Assembly (NCBI GenBank): GCA_042572295.1
Contig: JBHPFA010000003.1
Span: forward strand, 45,802 to 109,801
Origin: Nanobdellota archaeon
GTDB taxonomy: Archaea > Nanobdellota > Nanobdellia > Pacearchaeales > JAHJTO01
Length of the DNA: 64,000 nt
Direction of reading: 5' to 3'
Shown: in pieces, positions 18,123 to 27,942 of the stretch
Numbering within the stretch: position 1 is the first letter of the stretch
How the letters are laid out: every line of letters begins with the position of its first letter
Made by a program: the position numbers and the translations under genes
The notes under the pieces: model-generated
Told to the model about the DNA's origin: nothing
Database searches by the model: none
The model's input: only the letters and a program-made list of their open reading frames with translations

Positions 18123-18716
18123 TTAATTCTTTTTATTAGATTTACGCATTCTCAATGCAGTACGGCCCATAGTATCTTTACCATGTCTTCTATTTCTTCC
18201 TCTAACACGCAATCCACGGGATTTCTTTCCAGCACTTGTCAACCCCCTAAAAGTTCTCCCTTTATGAGTTCCTTTAGAAATCCAATTCATCTTTTTATCG
18301 GCTTTAATATGGGGATTTGAGGGATCAACCATGATTACCTCAAAGAAATAATTTATTCCTTCTTGGCCTACCCAATAACTGTTCAATACTTCTAAATTAG
18401 GGTACTTAGCATTTGCTCTTCTTTCAGCTACTCCTTTATATGAAATCATTAAAACTTTCTTATTAGTATTCCTCTTACTTCTTCTTCCTGCATTGATAAC
18501 TGGATGTCTTCTTCCACCCCTCATTAATCTTACACGAACAACAACAAATCCAGGCTTTGCCTTATATCCTAAAGCTCTAGCTCTATCTAATCTTGTAGGC
18601 TTATCTATCCTCTCAACAACGCATTCTCTACGCCATTGAGTCATTTTAGCCCTTAACACTTTCATATCAGGCTTTCTCCAAGCTTCCTTAATATAGTGCA
18701 TTAATCCATTAACCAT
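18123..18716 (-). CDS. rpl15e: 50S ribosomal protein L15e
   Basis: PTRLDRARALGYKAKPG, LEVLNSYWV, FFEVIMVDP and GRTFRGLTSAGKKSRGL. Confidence 0.98.
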   Translation of the reverse strand: MVNGLMHYIKEAWRKPDMKVLRAKMTQWRRECVVERIDKPTRLDRARALGYKAKPGFVVVRVRLMRGGRRHPVINAGRRSKRNTNKKVLMISYKGVAERRANAKYPNLEVLNSYWVGQEGINYFFEVIMVDPSNPHIKADKKMNWISKGTHKGRTFRGLTSAGKKSRGLRVRGRNRRHGKDTMGRTALRMRKSNKKN

Positions 18717-18827
18717 ATTAGTTCGTATAAATGACTGTTTTTAAAGGTTTTGCTAGAAGAAAGGTAAGATTTACATTCGATACAAAACAATACAAATCTA
18801 TTTAAAACCCCTAAAATATAAAGAAAT

Positions 18828-19010
18828 ATGAACAAGTGGATTGAATTATTGTTAGGTCTTGTACTTGTCATAGTGCCAATTATCGTAGCTATGAGCTACG
18901 CAGCATGGGGCGTAGCAACTCTACAATTCATAATGGGTGGATTGTTAGTAGGAGTTGTTCTTATAGGTCTTATGTTTGTGATGCTTGGTATTAGCGACAT
19001 TGCAGCTTAA
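18828..19010 (+). CDS. Small membrane protein (60 aa, two hydrophobic helices)
   Basis: TATA-like TTTAAAA about 27-29 nt upstream; almost entirely hydrophobic; fills the intergenic gap. Confidence 0.75.
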   Translation: MNKWIELLLGLVLVIVPIIVAMSYAAWGVATLQFIMGGLLVGVVLIGLMFVMLGISDIAA

Positions 19011-19128
19011 ATAAAAGAAGTGCATATTTCTAAAAACTTTAGAGCTTATGCCCTAGTCTTAACTCTCTTTCTCATTATATATTAATCACCTAGATAATTC
19101 TTAAAAAGCATTCATTATTTACTCAAAC

Positions 19129-20325
19129 ATGAAATGTCCTGCTTGTGGAGGTGAAGGCTCTTGCAAACCTAACTGTCCAGTCCTACAAAAATTGAAAGAA
19201 TTCTCCCCAAAAATCAAAGAAGAATTTGAAGGATCATCTCCACCAGAGATATTTGTTGGAAGATTCAACTATCCCCAAGTAAACGTAGGAATCTTATCCC
19301 CTGCTGAATTTGGAGACACCTCTGATAAAAGTATGGTGGAAAAGTGGTTCGCAAAGAAAATGACCATTCCCCAAATATTTGCCGCTCGTTCATCAATGAT
19401 CTATTCCAGATTCAAGGCCCCTATAAAATTCAGAAAAAAAGAGAAAAATTTCCAAACAATGCAAGAAGTAGCTATGGCTGCAAAACCCACCTCAATGGAA
19501 TTCAAACTAAATAAAAGACCAATAATGAGGTCAAAACTAGACAAGATAATGCCAATGATAGGAAACCCTGCATTATTGAAAAGTGCCTCATTTCAAGAGA
19601 ATGTTAAAGTTGAAAAGAAGGTAGATTACTTGGTGAATGATACAGATGCAAAAGCAGCAACTTCTATTTCAGAATTACATAAATCCAGAATTCCTATAAG
19701 TAACATCATAAAAGTCCTCTCAGCAGGATTATTAGGAAAGTTAAGAAACAGAAAACTAGTTCCAACAAGGTGGGCAATAACAGCAACAGACAATAATATT
19801 TCAGGAATTCTGCTCAAAAACATAAAACATTACTCAACAATACAGGATTTTAGATTATTTAATGGAGAATACTTAGATAATCATTATGAGATATTAATGA
19901 TACCTCAACAATTTTCCTATGAAGTAATAGAAGCAAAAGTCCCTGGAAGTATTTGGAATCCACATAAACAGATAATGTTTATGAAAGACTATGAAAGCTA
20001 TTTTGGAAGAAAAGATTATGCTTCTGAAGTTGCAGGAGGTTATTATGCTCCAAGACTTGCAATAACAGAATACTTACAAAAAATAAAACGCCAAGCTTCA
20101 ATATTCATAATGAGAGAAGTTCGCCCAGGATATAATCTCCCATGTGGTGTAGGAATATTAAGAGAGATAACAAGAGACGCCTTAACAAAAAAACATGAAT
20201 CATTTAATAACTTAAACTCAGCACTCACAGCTGCTCAAAAAAGAATGCATCTCCCAGTTTCTGAGTTCACAAAACAAAGTTTATTGTTAAAAGAAGTAAG
20301 ACATCAAAGAAAACTTATTTTTTAA
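19129..20325 (+). CDS. nreA: Archaeal Nre DNA repair protein
   Basis: N-terminal Cys cluster, GSSPPEIFVGRFNYP, LVPTRWAITATD, GGYYAPRLA and YNLPCGVGILRE motifs typical of the Nre family. Confidence 0.88.
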   Translation: MKCPACGGEGSCKPNCPVLQKLKEFSPKIKEEFEGSSPPEIFVGRFNYPQVNVGILSPAEFGDTSDKSMVEKWFAKKMTIPQIFAARSSMIYSRFKAPIKFRKKEKNFQTMQEVAMAAKPTSMEFKLNKRPIMRSKLDKIMPMIGNPALLKSASFQENVKVEKKVDYLVNDTDAKAATSISELHKSRIPISNIIKVLSAGLLGKLRNRKLVPTRWAITATDNNISGILLKNIKHYSTIQDFRLFNGEYLDNHYEILMIPQQFSYEVIEAKVPGSIWNPHKQIMFMKDYESYFGRKDYASEVAGGYYAPRLAITEYLQKIKRQASIFIMREVRPGYNLPCGVGILREITRDALTKKHESFNNLNSALTAAQKRMHLPVSEFTKQSLLLKEVRHQRKLIF

Positions 20326-20984
20326 CGATAATGCATACTAATCATATGTGTTTTTCTCTTATACTTTATTTTTAAGTAAATTGCATAGGCAATTCCTGCT
20401 AACAATCCTCCAAAGTGAGCTGTATTCCCTACAGGAAGATTAGCAGCTGCAGAAATAGACCACAAGCCAAACATGATTAGAATAACACCAAACCACATCG
20501 GCATGGCTATTGGAATAAACATGATATAAACAGGCAACTTAGGAGTTAATATCGCCAACATTCCCGCAATTCCAAATATAGCTGCACTCGCCCCTACAGC
20601 ACCCATACTAGGATCTCCAAAAATTCCATTTCCTTGGCCTCCAAATAATAAGGCCAGCACTACAAAAAACAAAGCCCCCATCAAAGCAGAAGCAAAATAA
20701 ATTCCTAAAAATCTTTTCTTACCAATTAACTTCTCTAAAAATCCACCGATAAACATTAAAGAGATCATATTTGCAAAAAGATGGAAAGGTCCTCCATGCA
20801 TAAACATACTTGTAACAAGTGTCCAAATCATCTGTCCTTGAGCAACAGCTATAGGCTTTAACGCAAGATAATCCATCAAATCACGTTTAAACAAAACAAT
20901 TGGAAATACAATAAAAAAAATCGCTACATTCAATAGGATAAGTGTTAAAGTCGCACTCCTTGCTTTTCTTCTATGCCTTATCAT
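20322..20984 (-). CDS. Rhomboid family intramembrane serine protease
   Basis: WTLVTSMFMHGGPFHLFANM, catalytic GASAA (Ser) and AHFGG (His); coupled to tfe (TAA-A-ATG with GAGGT SD). Confidence 0.93.
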   Translation of the reverse strand: MIRHRRKARSATLTLILLNVAIFFIVFPIVLFKRDLMDYLALKPIAVAQGQMIWTLVTSMFMHGGPFHLFANMISLMFIGGFLEKLIGKKRFLGIYFASALMGALFFVVLALLFGGQGNGIFGDPSMGAVGASAAIFGIAGMLAILTPKLPVYIMFIPIAMPMWFGVILIMFGLWSISAAANLPVGNTAHFGGLLAGIAYAIYLKIKYKRKTHMISMHYR

Positions 20985-20985
20985 T

Positions 20986-21765
20986 TTACCTCTTCTTTTT
21001 CTCGCTTTTCTTCTTTACAAGTTTCTTCTTTACCTTCTTCTTAACAGCTTTCTTTTTCTGTTTCTTCTTCACTTTTTTCTTAAGCTTTTTCTTCTCAACT
21101 TTCTTTACAGGTTTCTTTCCTTTCATTAATTTTAGTTTTAATCTTTTCATCTTTTTGGCTTTCGCTCTTCTTAACTCTAACTTCCTAGCCTTCTCCTTAT
21201 TCATCTTTAGAATTTCCTTCCTTTCCTTAATCTTATTAACCTTGGTCAATTCTATGTCAATAAAAGAAATATCTTTCTTAGCAACCGCAATTTTTGCTTC
21301 TAATTCCTCTATCTCTGCTTTGAAAGATTCTGGTTGTAATAACTGCCCACACTCTGGACATTTAAAATCATAAAGCATTGCATTCTCTTCACTAGTCTCA
21401 ATACATCCTGAAGGGCAGACATAATATCCTTTTGTCTTTCTACTGTTTAACAAATTTTGATAATTCCTTATTTCTTTAGTCTTATATTCAACATATTTAC
21501 TTAAAGATTTTCCAACATCAATAACCCAAGAATAAATATACCATCCTTTTCTAGCATCTTTCTTTCTAACAAAAGAAACAATGCTATGAGCAGATAATTT
21601 ATACAAAATATTTCTAGTCTGATTGATAGTTAACTCTAACTTTTCAGCTATTTTGAACTCATTAACCGGCTTATTAGTAGCAATGATATCCACAATAGGT
21701 TCAGTGTTCTTGCCTGCAATTTTACTCACAAGCTCTTTCAAAAGTAAAATTTGTTCTTTCTGCAT
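20986..21765 (-). CDS. tfe: Transcription factor E (TFE/TFIIE-alpha) with Lys-rich C-terminal tail
   Basis: NEFKIAEKLELTINQTRNILYKL winged helix, RKGWYIYSW, and Zn ribbon C..C/CPECG. Confidence 0.9.
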   Translation of the reverse strand: MQKEQILLLKELVSKIAGKNTEPIVDIIATNKPVNEFKIAEKLELTINQTRNILYKLSAHSIVSFVRKKDARKGWYIYSWVIDVGKSLSKYVEYKTKEIRNYQNLLNSRKTKGYYVCPSGCIETSEENAMLYDFKCPECGQLLQPESFKAEIEELEAKIAVAKKDISFIDIELTKVNKIKERKEILKMNKEKARKLELRRAKAKKMKRLKLKLMKGKKPVKKVEKKKLKKKVKKKQKKKAVKKKVKKKLVKKKSEKKKR

Positions 21766-21902
21766 AGTAATTCAAGGAAAATCCCCCTAAAACGTAAGGA
21801 AAAAATAGTAACTCCCTAATAAATACCTTTTTGTTTTATGTCACTACTAAATAATGTATCATAATCTTTATATACGGTTTCGCCTATTTATAAAGAACAA
21901 AA

Positions 21903-22400
21903 ATGGGGTTATTTAAAAAGAAAAAAGAGGCTAAAGCGCTGAGGCTCCCTGAAGCTCCACTCACTTTTCCTGATCTACCTGAAGAGGAAGAAGGACCAAA
22001 TATGCCAGAACTGCCTCAGTTACCACAATTACCTCAATTAAAGCCAATTGGAAACTTGCCAACATTAGAACCGCAAGCACCTACTATGCAACAAGCACTA
22101 CCTATGCCTATGGGATTGCCTCAACTTAATAAAGCTCCACCTATGGTTCCACCAATGCCTCAATTAGAAATAACCAGGCCTAAAGAACCAATTTTCGTTA
22201 AAATAGATAAGTTTAGAGATGCAATGGCTAGTTTTGAATTAGTTAAAAAGAAATTAACAGAAACATCTTCTTTACTTGAGAAAATAAAAGATACTAGATC
22301 TAAAGAAGAAGCAGAATTACAAGATTGGGCTGAAGAATTAGGTACAATCAAACAAAAAATATCTGTTATTGATAAGAAAATTTTTGGAGCACTTGGATAA
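21903..22400 (+). CDS. Hypothetical protein, Pro-rich N-terminus and C-terminal coiled coil
   Basis: 165-aa ORF divergent from tfe; PIFVKID followed by heptad-rich helices. Confidence 0.75.
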   Translation: MGLFKKKKEAKALRLPEAPLTFPDLPEEEEGPNMPELPQLPQLPQLKPIGNLPTLEPQAPTMQQALPMPMGLPQLNKAPPMVPPMPQLEITRPKEPIFVKIDKFRDAMASFELVKKKLTETSSLLEKIKDTRSKEEAELQDWAEELGTIKQKISVIDKKIFGALG

Positions 22401-22413
22401 ATATTTCTAGAAA

Positions 22414-22827
22414 ATGGCAAAAAAGAAGAAAAGTGTAAAGCCTAAGGATAAAGGAGATGATCTTTATGTAAAGATGGATCCAGCAGATGCTATTGAAGCA
22501 AAAAAAGACTTTCTTGAAGTGACTGCTTCTTTAATAAAACTCCAGATGTTAGGTGGAAAATTAAAAGACATGGGGAAAAGTGAAGTAAAAGACACTGGTA
22601 AGATAAAAAGAGAATTAAAGAGCATAAACATACTTTTAGGAAAAGTAATGGAAGATATGCCTAAAGTTAAACTTCCTAGAGAACATATTGAACATCCAAA
22701 AAAAGAACTCCCTCAAATAGAAGCATATCAGCCAGGAACCAAAACCAAAAAAGCCCAGCCAAATAAGAAAACTACATTAAATCAAGAGCTTCTTGCAATA
22801 AAACAAAAACTAGCAAAATTTAGTTGA
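22414..22827 (+). CDS. Hypothetical coiled-coil protein
   Basis: 137-aa ORF 13 nt after the previous gene; LYVKMD followed by helical region. Confidence 0.72.
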   Translation: MAKKKKSVKPKDKGDDLYVKMDPADAIEAKKDFLEVTASLIKLQMLGGKLKDMGKSEVKDTGKIKRELKSINILLGKVMEDMPKVKLPREHIEHPKKELPQIEAYQPGTKTKKAQPNKKTTLNQELLAIKQKLAKFS

Positions 22828-22837
22828 TTATTCAACC

Positions 22838-25800
22838 TTATTTCTTCTTTGTAAAAGTCTTAACTAAGAACGCTTTCCAAGTATGGAAACGCCTTGATTC
22901 CTTTATCAAGCTTAACCAAGCAACGAGTATTAAGATTATTACTAAAATTATTCCTAAAGGAGTGAAAAACATATCAATATAACCTGATACACGAGTAATT
23001 CTAGGAGCAGGTTTCAATACCTTACATACACCACTATCACAATACTTATCTAAAGGACAACTTAAATCAGTATTACATTCAGCATCTTCTAACCAACACT
23101 TACCCTCTTCACATTCATAACCATAAGAACATTCATCATCATCTTCACAAGCTATTGCACAAGATCCATCTTCGAAACATGTAGCTTCTCCTTCACATCC
23201 ACAGAATGAACATTTATCAATAAAGTTTCCATCTACACAATAAAGAGGTTTATTTGGAGAACATGAATCATAATCTGTTCCATCACCACATTCATCAACT
23301 TCACAAACTGTAATCTCTTCAGGCTTACCTCTATCTGTTTCACAATCACCCAAGTCAACACACACTCTTACTTGCTGTCCATCTACACAATCACTCCATA
23401 CTGAACAATCCCAACTTGGACTACATCCACTAGGAGGTCCGTCTCCAGGAACTACAACTGCTTCATCAGCATCACAAACAGCATCTATTCCATCTGCATC
23501 TATATCTTGACCAGTATTGGTTTGATTAGGACAGCTATCACAAGCTAAAGATCCTCCATATAACGAAGTATACATTCCTTCAGTCTCTCCATCTGAATCA
23601 AAATCAGCTTTCGCACAAGTCCATCCACTACCAGAACTTGTAAAATCATTACAAACATAAAACACCTTCTCATAAGAATCAACAAAATTCCCTTCACCAT
23701 CACTTATATTTGCACTTAGCCTATACATATTATCTAATGAAGGAACAGTCAAACTACCATTACATATTGCAAGATTCCCAGATCCTGTATTTGAAACACT
23801 TCCTACTGACACAATATCATTGCTTGCATTCTTCAAAGTATAATCACAAGTTGAAGCAAAATCAGAATCTCCTTCAAAATAATGACTAAACACTAAACCA
23901 TCAGTCCAATTATAGAAAGGAGTTGTCCTATCTATTGAAGAGCTAAACTTCTTTGGATAAACATCTACAGAAAACAATTGAGACAAAGCCCATGAACCAG
24001 TATTTCCAGCACCATCAACAGCCCTTACAGAGAAATTATAATTCGTATCACTCACAACATTTGATAATGTAATCAAACAAGTTCCACTTGAACTTTCATA
24101 AACAGTTCCACTCACATTTACAGCACATTTACATATTCCTGAACCATCACTGTTAGGAACAATTCTTAATTTCAAAGATCCTTCATATTCAATATCTCCA
24201 TCTCCAGGTTCAATCTCTATTTCAGCTACAGTTGGAGCAGTATTTTCATAAACAACTGCAGTCAAAGAAGCTTCACCACTTTCTGAATATCCTCCTTCAA
24301 GATTTGCCATAGTTACAGGATAACTATTGCTTTGCGCAGAACCTAAACCAGCACAAGTCAATGTAATATCAAATCCAGATAAAAGATTTGATGGATTATA
24401 TTGAGCAGGATCATTCTGTATCTGTCCTACATTAGATTGAGAAGCGACCCACTTCAATCCACTTGTCCCACTTATGTTACAAGTAGTTGCATTATAAGGG
24501 AAATACGCACCAGAATCAGTAGCATCTCCAAAGGTTATAGTAATAACTCCATAATTCCCAGTTCCTACAAGTCTAGCAGTATAATTAGTATTAACATAAT
24601 GCTTTGTTAAATGACTCACACTTACAGAAGAACTACTTATTTGAGTTGAAGAAGTATTTAGAGGAACTGTTATACAAGAAGAAGTGCTCCAACTACTAGC
24701 ACAGCTTCCCACACCAATACAATCAGTATCAGCACAGTCTACAGAGCCATCAGCGTCGTTATCTTCATTATCACTACAAGAACTCTCAGTTGTTTGACAA
24801 GTCTCTCCATTAGGGCCTGTGCCACCATTACAATCAGAATCAGCACAATCTACAGAACCATCAGCATCATTATCAAATCCATCATTACAAACTTCACTTC
24901 CACACACTTTTCCAGAAGTTGTGCTTCCTATCTCTCCAGAACAATCAGAATCAGCACAATCTGTATTTCCATCATTATCACTATCTGAACTATCTGCACA
25001 TGAATTCCAAGTCACATTCTCAATAGCATAACAAGGTCCACAAACACCAAACTGTTGTGTACAATCAGGATCAGTACAATCAAGTCCTCCACCTAAACTG
25101 TTATCTCCATCATTATCAATACTATCTGCACAATATTGATAACTTTCACTTAAATCAAACTCTTTAGCATAACATGCTTGACTTGAATTGCTAGGATTAC
25201 TAACCCCCAAACAATCCGGATCTTGACAATCTATATTTGAGGCAGGTCCATCATAAGTTTGATTTACATTATCTAAATCATTATCAACATTATCAAAACA
25301 TTGCGTAACCTGTGTAACACCACTAGCATCTAAGACTTCACTTCCAGGACAAGTCTGTCCTCCAAAAGAAAAATCCTTACAATCATAATCTGCACAATCA
25401 GCTCTTGAGTCATAATCATTATTAGAAAAATCAAAACACCATGAAGCAGTATTATTCTCATAAGCAGGACAAGGTAGAGTTAAAGAAGTTCCTCCAAGCC
25501 CATTACAATAACTTGCATCAGAACAATCAGAACTTGAATCAGCATCATTATCAAAATTATCTACACAAGCAACAGTCCAAGGATAAGTTGCATTATGTAA
25601 GGCATTCACACTTCCATAACCTTCTCCATTATACTCACAAAGATCAGAAGCATCAGTTGCATTCCCTTGCAACAAATCACAACCTAAATCTCCACAATCA
25701 GAGGATCCGTCAGCATCATTATCAAAACAATCATAACAAGTTGTTTCAACAGCTTGACACAAAGCATTTGCACCACTACAATCTACTCCCCCAACTTCAC

Positions 25801-27337
25801 CATCACAATCAGAATCAACACAATCTGAAGAATAATCCAAATCATTATCTGCATCATCTGAACAGGAAGCATCAATAACTCCAGGATAAGTTTCACTTTC
25901 ATCAGTATTTGAAAGTGCATTAGAATCCACATAGATAGGTATTCCTGCAATCAAAAGATCTTCCCCAGACTGAACAACATAAAGAGAAACATTATACCAC
26001 CCACCAGTATATTGAGCAGGATCTAGTTGTACATAGAAAACATAATCAATATTTCCAGTCGCTCCATCTGCATCCTCTGTTTTATAAGAAATTGCAGAAG
26101 TGAACTCATTAGGCATTCCTAAATAACCACTCCTAGTATATTTTCCAGAGCCTGTGAAAGCTAACAGATCAGTTATTGAAAATGAAATAGGATTTGAAGT
26201 ACTATAACCATCTCCTTGTATTCTAAACTTTACAGTTCCGTTAGGTTGTACATATCTTGTATAAGTATAAGTGAAGTCTTGTCCACCAACATTTTTTCCT
26301 TCTGAACATATTCCATCAGTACAGCTTCCTGCAAAAGGGTCTCCTGCATCAGCATGATCTTGACAAGTATAAGTTATTCCACCACAATAGATATCATCAC
26401 AATCAGTATTCCCATTTCCATCATTATCCTCACCATCATGACAATAACCTTCCAGATTCATACCTCTTGACATAGTTACTGAAAAGGCTACATCTCCTGC
26501 ATAATCACAATAAAATGTATTATTGAAATATCTCTTAGGTATTCCTAAGAAACAGTCTCCAGCACGATAAGCATCATCATTTACAGTATCAAATCTTGTC
26601 CAATTATTTCCATGCACATGAATTCTTCCATTCAAAATCCCAAAATTTTGATTCTGAAAAAGTTGATATCCACTACTATTAGTTACAGTACAGTTCTTAA
26701 CTTCCCAAGGCGTCCTCTTATCAACAGAATCACTTGAAGTTATAGTATAATTTAATGAATCATTTCCACCAGTCATATTAGAAGTTATTGTCTTGCTCAA
26801 TATCAATAAACTCTGATTTGATTGTGCAATAGCACAACCCAAAACATCAGTCTCATTTGCAGTCAGGTTAGAAAATCCTATTGTAAACATATGTTTATGC
26901 ATTCCAACTAAACCTGTAGCATTGGGCTCATAAACCCCCTCAGGCCATGTTATATTCACATCATCAGTCAAACTAACAGTAAAATAAGAAGTCTTTTTTG
27001 TTATTCCTATACTATTATTCGCATAAACATTAACAAAATGAGATCCAACAGTTTCAGTATCAAATGTAGTGTTTCCAGTTATAGTTACATTCGTTCCATC
27101 ATCAAGATTATACCAAATATTATCTGCCCCATCAGTTATGAACTCTAAAGAAACATTAGTTGAATTTACAGTGCTTGCGTTTTCAGGAGATACAATCAAA
27201 AGCAAAGGCCTTCCTTCAATAGTAATAAACATATTGAAGTTTTGTTCAGCTACATGCGCTGTCAAAAAGCCTGAAACAATTCCTAATAAGAGGATTGAAA
27301 TTAAGAAACAAAAAACAAAAATATACCCTCTTCTCAT
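22838..27337 (-). CDS. Membrane-anchored Cys/Asp-rich surface protein (1499 aa)
   Basis: Signal peptide, Ig-like N-domain, about 10 C-x-D-x2-DND-x-D-x3-DC-x-D-x2-C repeats, C-terminal Cys-rich modules, C-terminal TM helix and basic tail. TATA about 30 nt upstream. Confidence 0.88.
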   Translation of the reverse strand: MRRGYIFVFCFLISILLLGIVSGFLTAHVAEQNFNMFITIEGRPLLLIVSPENASTVNSTNVSLEFITDGADNIWYNLDDGTNVTITGNTTFDTETVGSHFVNVYANNSIGITKKTSYFTVSLTDDVNITWPEGVYEPNATGLVGMHKHMFTIGFSNLTANETDVLGCAIAQSNQSLLILSKTITSNMTGGNDSLNYTITSSDSVDKRTPWEVKNCTVTNSSGYQLFQNQNFGILNGRIHVHGNNWTRFDTVNDDAYRAGDCFLGIPKRYFNNTFYCDYAGDVAFSVTMSRGMNLEGYCHDGEDNDGNGNTDCDDIYCGGITYTCQDHADAGDPFAGSCTDGICSEGKNVGGQDFTYTYTRYVQPNGTVKFRIQGDGYSTSNPISFSITDLLAFTGSGKYTRSGYLGMPNEFTSAISYKTEDADGATGNIDYVFYVQLDPAQYTGGWYNVSLYVVQSGEDLLIAGIPIYVDSNALSNTDESETYPGVIDASCSDDADNDLDYSSDCVDSDCDGEVGGVDCSGANALCQAVETTCYDCFDNDADGSSDCGDLGCDLLQGNATDASDLCEYNGEGYGSVNALHNATYPWTVACVDNFDNDADSSSDCSDASYCNGLGGTSLTLPCPAYENNTASWCFDFSNNDYDSRADCADYDCKDFSFGGQTCPGSEVLDASGVTQVTQCFDNVDNDLDNVNQTYDGPASNIDCQDPDCLGVSNPSNSSQACYAKEFDLSESYQYCADSIDNDGDNSLGGGLDCTDPDCTQQFGVCGPCYAIENVTWNSCADSSDSDNDGNTDCADSDCSGEIGSTTSGKVCGSEVCNDGFDNDADGSVDCADSDCNGGTGPNGETCQTTESSCSDNEDNDADGSVDCADTDCIGVGSCASSWSTSSCITVPLNTSSTQISSSSVSVSHLTKHYVNTNYTARLVGTGNYGVITITFGDATDSGAYFPYNATTCNISGTSGLKWVASQSNVGQIQNDPAQYNPSNLLSGFDITLTCAGLGSAQSNSYPVTMANLEGGYSESGEASLTAVVYENTAPTVAEIEIEPGDGDIEYEGSLKLRIVPNSDGSGICKCAVNVSGTVYESSSGTCLITLSNVVSDTNYNFSVRAVDGAGNTGSWALSQLFSVDVYPKKFSSSIDRTTPFYNWTDGLVFSHYFEGDSDFASTCDYTLKNASNDIVSVGSVSNTGSGNLAICNGSLTVPSLDNMYRLSANISDGEGNFVDSYEKVFYVCNDFTSSGSGWTCAKADFDSDGETEGMYTSLYGGSLACDSCPNQTNTGQDIDADGIDAVCDADEAVVVPGDGPPSGCSPSWDCSVWSDCVDGQQVRVCVDLGDCETDRGKPEEITVCEVDECGDGTDYDSCSPNKPLYCVDGNFIDKCSFCGCEGEATCFEDGSCAIACEDDDECSYGYECEEGKCWLEDAECNTDLSCPLDKYCDSGVCKVLKPAPRITRVSGYIDMFFTPLGIILVIILILVAWLSLIKESRRFHTWKAFLVKTFTKKK

Positions 27338-27377
27338 TGTAAAGTAAACAATAAAATTATTTATAAAAACCTATCGT

Positions 27378-27926
27378 TTATCTCTTCTTTCTTAACAAGA
27401 ACCACCATAGTAATGCTAATACTACGACAACTGCAAGAAGAACAACTAAAGAATTTGTATCAAATGCTGGCTTCTCTGATTCTTCCTCAGCTACAGGTTC
27501 CGGTGATTCAATAATAACTTCAAAAGCATGATCGAAAGCAAGTCCTAAACTTACCCCACCACCTTCTCCAATTTTTACTGTAGTGAATGAGAATCCTAAA
27601 CTATATTTGTCTTCAGGAAGAGCATCTTCTGGAATAGTGATCAATACATTTACTCCTTCAGTAGTCCCTGCTTTTACCTTATAATCAAGATTGCTGTCAG
27701 TTAAAGAAGCTATTTCCTCTCCAGCAGTTAAGCTTGCCCTCATTACGATATCTTCAGTAGCTCCTGCTTTGTTTGAGATTGTAAAATAAACTTCCTTAAC
27801 CTCTCCAGGAGTCATAACTAAAGGATTAGTATTCCAATGAGGAGTAGAAACTCCTACTGCACTTACAGAAGTCAGTGAAACTATAAACATCAAAAATACA
27901 AATAGTATACATGTTTCTTTTCTCAT
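27378..27926 (-). CDS. Small secreted Ig-like protein with C-terminal TM anchor (paralog of 55393..55926)
   Basis: Signal peptide, G(V/I)STP...PL-x-(M/L)-x-PG motif shared with the paralog, C-terminal hydrophobic helix plus RKKR; SD GAGGTGA. Confidence 0.85.
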   Translation of the reverse strand: MRKETCILFVFLMFIVSLTSVSAVGVSTPHWNTNPLVMTPGEVKEVYFTISNKAGATEDIVMRASLTAGEEIASLTDSNLDYKVKAGTTEGVNVLITIPEDALPEDKYSLGFSFTTVKIGEGGGVSLGLAFDHAFEVIIESPEPVAEEESEKPAFDTNSLVVLLAVVVVLALLWWFLLRKKR

Positions 27927-27942
27927 TTTTCACCTCTTTTAA

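Noticed and set aside
20942-21373. 143-aa Phe-rich plus-strand ORF resembling a membrane protein
   Set aside because: Reverse complement of the AAG/AAA-rich Lys tail of tfe.
21850-21866. AATGTATCATAAT upstream of tfe/21903 resembling the 13-bp operator
   Set aside because: Only a partial, single match; not convincing.
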